From Macrostomum lignano (taxonomy: Eukaryota), in assembly GCA_002269645.1 (NCBI GenBank), contig NIVC01000662.1, positions 256,809 through 320,808 on the forward strand: 64,000 nucleotides of DNA, in the 5' to 3' direction. This document shows positions 37,006-47,452 of the stretch, in pieces. Each line of letters begins with the position of its first letter. Position 1 is the first letter of the stretch. Made by a program: the position numbers and the translations under genes. The notes under the pieces are model-generated. The model was given only the letters and a program-made list of their open reading frames with translations, was not told where the DNA came from and did not search any database.

Positions 37006-37500
37006 CTAATGTACATTCGGCTGCACCCATATCAAGAAGCAGTTTAGACTGCAAGTCACCCCAACTGCTTTTCTTCTTGGAGTTGGGTCGTTGAGCACAA
37101 GATGGAAGTGGCCTGCAATCAGCTGTAGGCGGCGCTCGATGGAGTCAGCGTTGATGATAGCATTCGGCAAGGCTCGCCGTCCTGTGAGGCCGTTGATGGT
37201 GCGCCAGGCCGCAGCATGACGGCAGTTGTCGGTAGCAGCCTTGGTCTCCGTCACAGCTTCTTGGGTGGACAGCTCAGCAGCTTGGATGTGGGCGGCTTGC
37301 AGTGCCTCAGCAGCGGTGGAGGCAGCAATGCTGGCAGTGCCATGCCGGGCAACTGCCGCTTGCATGTCTTGCCGGGCTCTGATGACATCCGGGTGAGAGT
37401 CCCAGTGTGCGCCCGATTGCCGCGGTTGCCTCCTGAAGAGCAGAGAAGCTGTCGTAGCTGCTGTCAAGTCGAAGCCCCGAGTCTTTGAGTTGTCGCAGGA
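37006..37500 (-). mobile_element. Non-LTR retrotransposon (LINE ORF2 linker) fragment
   Basis: HWDSHPDVIRARQDMQ...AAAWRTINGLTGRR...ERRLQLIAGHFHLVL resembles, from memory, the region between endonuclease and RT in RTE-X/L2-like elements; no RT is present. Confidence 0.45.
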
Positions 37501-38849
37501 ACTTCGATCTGATTTCAGAGTTGTTAAGTGCACTCCAGTAGGGCAGGGAACTGGCCGGCTTCCTGAAGCGGTGCCAGCGAAGGTCCAGTCTGCAGCACAG
37601 GAGAGTGCGAGAGTGGGATGCATTTCAGGGTGATGTTACGAATGGTCCGGAGACGAGCTCTCTGTCTGAGCAGAGTATCCAGACGAGACGGGCGTTGCGA
37701 CCATTTGGGCCATGAAAAGTTGGTAGAACACACTGTGGCGTTGGCGAAGACAGCATCTGCCGCCATCGGGTCGCGAGAATGAAAGAAGTCACACAAGAAA
37801 CTTGTGTTGGCATTGGCTGAGCCGCTGCGCATTGAATCCGCCGGTGACACTGATGATGAGGTTCCGGGACTCCGGGAGGCCGGCTGGTCAAGCAGAGCAT
37901 TTAGTTGGTCATAGAAGCAGAAGTGTTGGGACTGGCACTCGAGGCTCCTGCAGCTCCTTGCGGCGGCCATTGAAGCGCTGCCGTCGGCGAAGGTGGCTGC
38001 AGCGCTCCGCGTCCCCCGATGGGTTGCCATCTAAGTTGCCGCATGCTCTGGTAGAGGGCGACCCCGTCAGCTCCTGGCCCGCGCTTAGGGCCGGAGGAGG
38101 GCTCCAATCCTTCGCTCCAGTTGGAGTTAAAAAATAGATGCCTATCGTTTCGAAAGATATTTTTCGTACAACTGAACCCGAAGTGGCACTTCTGGTAACT
38201 ATAATATTGATGTCAGCGAATTTTAATGTCATTGTTAGGACATATTTTACAGGTAAAATAAAATAGTGTCGCCTTTGTTAAGACAGTGAGTTTTGATTTC
38301 AGTGTTGGGTAAAGTTAGTTTATAAAGTAACTATAGTTCAAAATATGTTTTAAAAATGAATAAAGAGTTTAACGTTAAATGCTCTAAAATTGTAAGCTTT
38401 AAGTTTTACCAGAAAGTGACTACATGTACGGGCGGGGGGTTGTGGCGGGAAGACGCCTTAGGAAGGGGTTCAGCGGGGGGGTACCTACATGTAAAATCCA
38501 CAATTCTAAAAATACGACTGAAGCTACTGAAATACTACTAATACTAATTTGACTGCCTGAGTTCCAATTTCTATTGAGTTTTGCATCCTCATTGTGTTTC
38601 AATTTTTTCTCTATAAGTAAGTAGCTGGGAGCAACGGCAGAGTGGCATCATACTTCGACGTAGTGCGCATGGAAAAGAATTAAAATGCTGATCCTAGAAA
38701 TTGAATTCTTTTTTATTTGTTCATCTGCTTCAAGCTGTACAAAAATGCCTCTGCTATGACTGAATAATTTTACATCAGTGATGATTTTGAGTGTAACTGG
38801 GGGATACCGAGCAGTATGATGCGAATAATCAAGGAAAATGCTGAGTGGG

Positions 38850-39280
38850 GTTCAGTGGGGTTTCAGGAAGAATTCGGTGGGGTTTCAGGAAGGATTCGGT
38901 GGGGTTTCAGGAAGGATTCGGTGGGGTTTCTGGAAGGATTCGGTGGGGTTTCTGGAAGGATTCGGTGGGGTTTGTGGAAGGATTCGGTGGGGTTTCTGGA
39001 AGGATTCGGTGGGGTTTCTGGAACGATTCGATGGGTTTTCTGAAAGGATTCGTTAAGGTTTCTGGAAGGATTCGGTGGGGTTTCTGGAATGGAAGGATTC
39101 GGTGGGGTTTCTGGAAGGATTCGGTGGGGTTTCTGGAAGGATTCGATGGGGTTTCTAAAACGATTCAGTGGGGTTTCTGGAAGGATTCGGTGGGGTTTCA
39201 GGAAGGATTCGGTGGGGTTTCTGGAAGGATTCGGTGGGGTTCCTGGAAGAATTCGGTGGGGTTTCTGGAACGGTTGAGTG
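38850..39280 (-). repeat. 22-bp minisatellite upstream of precursor B (inverted copy of 35875-36700)
   Basis: gtttctggaaggattcggtggg is the reverse complement of the left-arm unit. Confidence 0.95.
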
Positions 39281-39666
39281 CGAGTTGAAGCATAGAAACT
39301 TCACCTGGATAACATGGATCCACTTCCCAGGTACAACCAGCACAGATGCACCTAGACCAACTCTTATTTCGAGTGATCAGTCCACTATGTTAATGGCTGC
39401 TAACTCAGGTGCTACGAGCTAATTAGCAATTGAATTCACAGGTGCCTGTGCGGAAAATTTAAGCGCCAAATTAGTTGACAGACTTGGCGGCCGCTTCAAA
39501 GACAATCAGTGATTAGCAACAGGACTTGTTTGAAAGCACTAATGCAAAATTACGCAATTCACAAGGCACTTACTGTTGCTATCCAAAAGCAAGTCAGTTT
39601 CCGCATAGCGTGCCCCAGTAACCGCTGCACGTGGCTCATTAACGGCCATCAGGTGGCTTCGCTGTC

Positions 39667-39673
39667 TATAAAA
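39667..39673 (+). promoter_or_regulatory. TATA box of knottin precursor B, conserved across paralogs
   Basis: gtctataaaagcgat lies about 70-85 bp upstream of the ATG in A, B, C and E; it reads CATAAAA in D and TATAAA in the orphan copy. Confidence 0.75.
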
Positions 39674-39743
39674 GCGATCGCATCTTGATTAGAGCAGACT
39701 ACACCAAACCTCAGAGCAATATTTACTTGACCGACTTGAAAAC

Positions 39744-41008
39744 ATGAGAGGCACTCTGATTTACCTGGCCGCGATGGCAGCCGTACTGATCTGTTGCACT
39801 GGTGAGTTCACTGCGCTGTGTTCCGCTGTGAGGAGCTTTTCTCACCTTTCCTTGATTATTTTCTGAAGCCGCACTGGTTCTGGTTTGAAGTCTCTGTGCA
39901 TCTGTCCTGAAACATTGCTGAGTCTTTTTGGCTCAGGGATTATTGTGATTGGTTGCTTCAGCTGAAGAGGTTTACCTGAAGCGTCACCGGTTTGCCTTCA
40001 TTGAGTTCCTGAGCTATTCTGATTGCTTGCTATCAAACCTGTCCCGAACTCCCCGCAGACGCTTGCAGGCGCGACGGCGAGCCATGCGACGACGACCGTC
40101 CGTGGCGACGCTGCTGCACCGGCGACTGTCGACGAGGCAGGTGCGTGAGCTCGTGTCAGGAGCACCGCCAGAGCTGCAGACGGGACAAAGACTGCTGCTC
40201 CGGCGTCTGCAAGTGGTCGTTCAGGTCACGTGAGCGAGTCTGCAAGCGCAAGCGCTCCTGCAAGCCACGCCGCCAGAGCTGCAGGCGGGACAAAGACTGC
40301 TGCTCCGGCGTCTGCAAGTGGTCGTTCAGGTCACGTGAGCGAGTCTGCAGGCGCAAGCGCTCCTGCAAGCCACGCCGCCAGAGCTGCAGACGGGACAAAG
40401 ACTGCTGCTCCGGCGTCTGCAAGTGGTCGTTCAGGTCACGTGAGCGAGTCTGCAGGCGCAAGCGCTCCTGCAAGCCACGCCGCCAGAGCTGCAGGCGGGA
40501 CAAAGACTGCTGCTCCGGCGTCTGCAAGTGGTCGTTCAGGTCACGTGAGCGAGTCTGCAAGCGCAAGCGCTCCTGCAAGCCACGCCGCCAGAGCTGCAGG
40601 CGGGACAAAGACTGCTGCTCCGGCGTCTGCAAGTGGTCGTTCAGGTCACGTGAGCGAGTCTGCAGGCGCAAGCGCTCCTGCAAGCCACGCCGCCAGAGCT
40701 GCAGGCGGGACAAAGACTGCTGCTCCGGCGTCTGCAAGTGGTCGTTCAGGTCACGTGAGCGAGTCTGCAGGCGCAAGCGCTCCTGCAAGCCACGCCGCCA
40801 GAGCTGCAGGCGGGACAAAGACTGCTGCTCCGGCGTCTGCAAGTGGTCGTTCAGGTCACGTGAGCGAGTCTGCAGGCGCAAGCGCTCCTGCAAGCCACGC
40901 CGCCAGAGCTGCAGACGGGACAAAGACTGCTGCTCCGGCGTCTGCAAGTGGTCGCGTTGGAGGCGCGAAAGAGTCTGCAGGCGAGGCTGGCGGGGCCGTT
41001 CGGACTGA
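39744..41008 (+). CDS. Secreted poly-knottin (ICK) precursor B, 335 aa, 9 knots
   Basis: Exon 1 39744-39801; exon 2 40059-41008. N-terminal knot plus 8 copies of a 105-bp/35-aa unit SCKPRRQSCRRDKDCCSGVCKWSFRSRERVCRRKR. Confidence 0.92.
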
Positions 41009-42939
41009 AGCAGCATTCTGTGCTCAGAAATGGACGGGGGACGAACACTTTGCACTGGTGGCGGGCTGAACAAGACAGTTTTATGCCATGAAATACGTTC
41101 TTTGACGGACTCGTGTTTCGCCTATTGCTTGTCCTGTGATTTAGCAACTCAATTATGAATTTAATTTAGCTATGAAGCCGTTGACAGTAGCACTACTTGC
41201 ATGATCTCCGGCTTGTTGTTATGTGATCATTGCAATGAAGCGAACTTGAGGAAGCATGAACAGGAAAGGCCGGTCGATTATCATCAGGGTTGGCAGACAA
41301 TTTTTCATGTCATGAAATACTCTTTAACTCGTGTTTTGCCTCTTGATTTGCCGATACGCAGCAATATTTGCTTGGTTTTTTAAAATAGATCGGCAGATCG
41401 AAATTACAGTATGAAAACTTTTTGCCTGAAGACTTTTTCATTTATACATCTGGAGTTCGAAAATTCAGGTAGCTGTTGCAGTGATGCTTTCAGATTTATG
41501 TAAATTATCCTGTCACTTCCAATACCTCGCTTTGCAGGCACGGATGCAGCATTGAATTTCGAACAGAGAATCTACAAGCACTGAGATCACTATTGAAGTG
41601 CTCAAAACATTTCTGCCTCATTTCTGCACAGAAAAGCAAACAAAAGTGCAAACGTGCAACTCCCCTGATCTAACTAGTGAGAGAGCGTTCACAATCAAAT
41701 TTAGTGTTAATTCATCCTGGGCTAGAAAGTTCTCAATATGATATATTTCCATTAATCTGTTTAAGTGCACGCTTAGTAGCTTAGAGCTTAGAAGAGCTTA
41801 GTAGCTTAGAGGCAGAGTAGCTTAGAAGTTTATCACGTCCGACGTTGGATTCGAAACCAGAAGCTCTTGTAGAAACATTGACTTGGAGCTTCTCAGCTAC
41901 GACAGCCAACTCCCGATGAGAAAGTCGGGACCGCTGTACACCCGGTGTGAATGAGTGCTTGAGTACGCGTCTGAAAGCTCAGGGATCAGAGGAATTGGCA
42001 TGACTGGCTCTTGCTCTTGCTCTTGCTCTTTAGCTCGGCTAGACAACGCATACACAACAACAACAACAACAAAATACGCTGTCATGATGGTAAAAGTCAG
42101 CGTCACAGGGCGCGCTTCATGGCTTGGGCGCGAACAAAGGCCGCGCCACCGGCAGTGTCCGGGGCGCCGGCGTCAGCCAGCAGACAGTCGACATAACGCC
42201 GAGTTCGCGCTTGACCTCGCCGGTAGGGTGCCTGCAGCGTGAGCAGCAGCACCTCCTGCGCCGGCTGTGGGCAGTACGACTCGGCGCGGATGAGATCTAT
42301 AGCGCTCCGCTTGAGCAGGCGACCAACCCGCGAGGCAGAGGCAGCTCTGGCAGCTGTCTACCTGCAGCGCCAACAAGCATACACACAAGCGGTCTGTAGC
42401 AGCTTTTTGAGCCATAGACATATGGCGCAGCTTGCGGACTTTAGCCGCTGCCCACAGCCAACAAAAGTGAAACGTACGATGCGAAATGGTTGCATAGCAT
42501 GCGCATGCAGCGAGGCATTTCGGGGACACCCAGTTCGCACTCCGTAACCCCACCCAGCTGATCAATTCTCTTACTCAAGCACGTAACCATACGCACTCAA
42601 TGAACCGGAAAGGCAATAAATACACAGACAAAGCCACCTTATACGAGCTACTTCTCCATAGTTGCTCGCTACAATTGTCAGCTGCAGTTTAGCTGCAACT
42701 GTAGATTTTTTGCGATTTTATGACCAGCAAAACTAGAAAGACTGCTTGCGTCATTTATGGTCAGCAAAATTGATAACTGGCATCCCAGAGCTTTGGCAGA
42801 GCGATTTGACTTCAGCTCACTACACTGCTAATGACGCAATATTTTCCAACTCTCGCTCAGGCGCATTGGGTCCGGGGTGGCGGTTTTCAATGTTGCTGAG
42901 CATAAATGACACATTCTTTCTAGTTTAGGAACATCCTAG

Positions 42940-43945
42940 ATTATTGATTACCTAGATGATTGATTACCTAGATTATTGATTACCTAGATTATTGATTACC
43001 TAGATTATTGATTACCTAGATTATTGATTACCTAGATGATTGATTACCTAGATTGTTAATTACCAAGATTATTGATTACCTAGATTATTAATTACCAAGA
43101 TTATTGAATACCTAAATGATTAAATACCTAACTTATAGATTACCCACATTATTGATTAACTACGCGTAGCTTTTTGATTACCTAGATGATGGATTACCTA
43201 GATTATTGATTACCTAGATTATTGATTACCTAGATGATTGATTACCAAGATTATTGATTACCTAGATTATTGATTACCTAGATTATTGATTACCTAGATG
43301 ATTGACTACCTAGATTATTGATTACCTAGATGATTGATTACCTAGATTATTGATTACCTAGATTGTTAATTACCAAGATTATTGATTACCTAGATTATTA
43401 ATTACCAAGATTATTGAATACCTAAATGATTAAATACCTAAACTATAGATTACCCACATTATTGATTAACTACGCGTAGCTTTTTGATTACCTAGATGAT
43501 GGATTACCTAGATTATTGATTACCTAGATTATTGATTACCTAGATGATTGATTACCAAGATTATTGATTACCTAGATGATTGATTACCTACATTATTGAT
43601 TACCTAGATGATTGATTACCTACATTATTGATTACCTAGATGATTGATTACCTAGATGATTGATTACCTACATTATTGATTACCTAGATGATTGATTACC
43701 TACATTATTGATTACCTAGATGATTGATTACCAAGATTATTGATTACCTAGATGATTGATTACCTACATTATTGATTACCTAGATGATTGTTTACCTAGA
43801 TTATTGATTACCTAGATGATTGATTACCTACATTATTGATTACCTAGATGATTGATTACCAAGATTATTGATTACCTAGATGATTGATTACCTACATTAT
43901 TGATTACCTAGATGATTGTTTACCTAGATTATTGATTACCTATAA
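42940..43945 (+). repeat. 16-bp minisatellite
   Basis: gattattgattaccta / gatgattgattaccta, about 60 units, with an internal duplicated block. Confidence 0.95.
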
Positions 43946-45416
43946 TATGGATAAACTAGATTAAGGACAAGCAAGATGAAGACTATCAACCATACAATTT
44001 TTTATTTGTAATATTCTTTAAAATTTTCTCTCAATTCTTTTATTGTTGCATGTCTTTCCTTTTAGAAGACAAACAATCGTCACACTACAAAACTCTTCTT
44101 GGTCGAGTCAATGTTTGTCTATCGTAAAACATTAGTCAACGTTTCGCTAGACATGAAATCACAAAAACAGAATGATTGCTGCCCGGAGAAGAACAGGACT
44201 CAAATGTATATTTCATCACCCTTTAAAACTGTTAACGCAATAAAATTTAAAGGGGTACTGAAGGTGCAGAAGCACCAAGCACACACGAGTCAGTAAGGAG
44301 ATATTGCCACAGTAAAAATACCTGTTCAGTAACAGAGAGTGTTTGTCATCCGGCGATTCCTGAGTACCGAGTTCTTCATCAGTTCGAGTGGCCCCGCGTC
44401 GCGTCGAGCAACTTGATCAACCCGTCTTGTGTCGTCCCGAGCTCGAGCCGCAGTCGTCAAGGAGCACAACTCGGAATGTGGAACATACGCTCGTATTTAA
44501 CAAACCAGAGCTAAAAATTCTGCGGTTACAATAAATTCCGTCGGTTGATGAAAATTGTTAAATAGGGACACAGACACGCGGGCAGAGGGGAGAATAGTGC
44601 AATGCTGGGCCCACCTGATGGAGATCTAGCGATTGCTCATCGGTGCAAGTGTACCGGACAAACTAATGGAAATATGACATTGCGCAAGAAGGTTGCTTTT
44701 AAACTGTAAACGGGGCTCTTAATCTCAGACAAAAATCAGAAAATAGGATATTTTCTGATAAAATGGCGTGTTTCAAAAAAATTCATCTAGTCATGGCATA
44801 ATAAAAAAATTGATCTAGTCGTAGTGTCAGTCAGCACATTTTATCTCGTCGTGGCGTGATTGAACAAAATCTATAAGAAACTGATTCTTCGGATTCAGTT
44901 TCACCAAGCAGGTGTCGCTTCAGGTAAACTTCGGTAAGCTTCAGAAGACCAGTGAATAACCCGATGGTCCAGTCTCTGTCAAACTTGAATCACCCGTACA
45001 TCAACTTGTTCTCTAGCAGTGCAGTGTAAGCAATGTCATTCTCTAGCAGTTCTTCTCGGTTGAGTACTCGTAAATGGCTACGTGCGCTGATCAAAAGCAG
45101 AGTGGAATTAACTGACGGCTCATCAGCGGCTCACTTGTGACACTATTGCGTAGATAAACAGAAGCAATTGCCATTCACCTGCTCCATTAATCAAGTAGGT
45201 AAGTACGACTTCGAAACTAATTTATCAACATAACAACATCGATTGTCAATAGGTCTCATTGCTCTTGTAAACAAGATGCCCATCGACCCTGGCACGCTGT
45301 CCATTATTACTCCATTGGCAAGAGATAGTCTATAAAGCGATAGCTCTCAGAAAGACTGGATCAACCCTAACTTTGCTACAGTCAAAGATCGAATTGCTCT
45401 TTGGAGACTTGAAAGC

Positions 45417-45474
45417 ATGAAGGCCACTCTGATTTTCCTTGCCGCAATGGCGGCAGTGTTGATCTGCTGCACTG
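45417..45474 (+). pseudogene. Orphan signal-peptide exon of a knottin precursor (exon 2 lost)
   Basis: MKATLIFLAAMAAVLICCT + G|GTGAGT with an intact promoter. The intron matches copy E up to cagcctgtgcg (about 45531) and then becomes unrelated sequence. Confidence 0.85.
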
Positions 45475-46739
45475 GTGAGTTCGCTTTGCTTTGCTCTAAA
45501 GAGAAATTCAGATACGCTGTTCAGCCTGTGCGGGAGTGAGCGTGCTCAGAGTCATGCACAACTGCTTGCTTCACGCTGGCTGAGGATCGACTGTCGCTTT
45601 GATTTGCGGCAGAGCCCACAGTCTCGCTGCAGACAAACTGACTTGACATGAAACTGCTTGTTTCCCGTGAAATACCCAACACTCGCTCACTCAATCATCC
45701 AAGGACATTTGAAGGTTTAACAGACTTCACTTGGTATATTTTCAAACATTTTAACACGATAAACTTACGAAACCATATCGAGAAAAACATCGAATCGCTT
45801 CATTTGCAGTTTCAAGTACGTATATGAAAAGTTTATTTAGCTAATTACCTTGAATTGATGGCAGTGGGAAGGCGAGTCTTTACAAATTTATGCTAGGAAG
45901 AACGATTTTGATTATATGTTTTTCAATCCTATTTTTAACAGCGCCGTCTTTGTTCGCTACTGGTGTTGGTTTTCGGTGATAAGAAAGCAGCGTGTGCAGC
46001 TAACTGTAATGATTGGCTAACAGCAATTGATTTGTAGGACACTTCAGAGATATTGTCAGCGAAGCATAAGAGTTTTGATAGTTAAGTGAATTATGGAAAA
46101 AAAAATTAGAGAATAAATGTTCGGAGAAAACATTGTGTACTAAGCTCAGTTGGTTAGTGATTCGTGGCCCAGCTCTTCACTCCCTGATCATGTCATCACC
46201 AAGTCAAGCTTAGCCGACTCTATTAGTTTGCAAACAGGTGGTGGGTGCAGAACAAGCGCACATGGGGTGAGGGTGAATAGAAAAACTTCTACGAATAGAT
46301 GGAGACGAGCCTCCATCAGGGTGGAACTCAGCAATTTTCAACGCACATCTATTTACCACCAAGTATAAATTGACACGTTGATTTTATACTCTTAGATCAA
46401 TATATTTGGTAACCAAAGCACGCAGAAGCAGAAGAGAACCAATGCTTCTCGAGCCAGCCTGATTTCTCCATTTTGATTTTTTTGCAAGTACGAGTAGATT
46501 TACTGAAAGCATGGGAACAGAATAGTTGCTGCTCGGAGCAGAACATCACTCCATTGTATATTTCAAGAAGCTATAAACTTTTCATTTAAAAGTGGTACTG
46601 AAGGTGCAGAAGCACCAAGCACACACGAGTCAGTAAGGAGATATTGCCAAAGTAAAAAGATCTGTTCTGCTAAGTTCGCCATCAAGTGGGAAACTGAGAG
46701 TGTTTGTCATCCGGCGATTCCTGAGTACCGAGTTCTTCA

Positions 46740-47452
46740 TCACTTAAAGCTGCCCCGCCAGTCCCGCTTGCAAACTCGCTCACATAGTTTGCAGTAGCCC
46801 TTGCCCTTGCAGCCTGGGTCAGGTGACCTAAAGGACCACTCGCAAACACCGGAGCAGCAGTCTTTGTCCCGTCTGCAGCTCTGGCGGTGCTTCCTGCAGG
46901 AACGCTTGCGCTTGCAGACTTGCTCACGTAGTTTCCTAGAGCACTTGCCGTCGCAGCCTGAGACATGTGGCCTAAAGGACCACTCGCAAGCACCGGAGCA
47001 GCAGTCTTTGTCCCGTCTGCAGCTCTGGCGGTGCTCCTGACACGAGCTCACGCACCTGCCTCGTCGACAGTCGCCGGTGCAGCAGCGTCGCCACGGACGG
47101 TCGTCGTCGCATGGCTCGCCGTCGCGCCTGCAAGCGTCTGCGGGGAGTTCGGGACAGGTTTGATAGCAAGCAATCAGAATAGCTCAGGAACTCAATGAAG
47201 GCAAACCGGTGACGCTTCAGGTAAACCTCTTCAGCTGAAGCAACCAATCACAATAATCCCTTAGCCAAAAAGACTCAGCAATGTTTCAGGACAGATGCAC
47301 AGAGACTTCAAACCAGAACCAGTGCGGCTTCAGAAAATAATCAAGGAAAGGTGAGAAAAGCTCCTCACAGCGGAACACAGCGCAGTGAACTCACCAGTGC
47401 AACAGATCAGTACGGCTGCCATCGCGGCCAGGTAAATCAGAGTGCCTCTCAT
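46740..47452 (-). CDS. Secreted poly-knottin precursor C, 151 aa, 3 knots, two with extra cysteines
   Basis: Exon 1 47452-47395; exon 2 47137-46740. Knots 2 and 3 have extended loops (CEWSFRPHVSGCDGKCSRKLREQVC; CEWSFRSPDPGCKGKGYCKLCERVC). Confidence 0.88.

Noticed and set aside
36704-38660. Inverted ~200-bp ends around the A/B spacer as transposon TIRs
   Set aside because: They are contiguous with the larger inverted-duplication arms, and no TSD or transposase was seen
40156-41073. Antisense ORFs over the knottin exons (TPEQQSLSRLQL... and SESAGASAPASH... repeats), also at A, C, D and E
   Set aside because: A by-product of a stop-poor 105-bp repeat; only the Cys-rich strand has a TATA box, signal exon and splice sites
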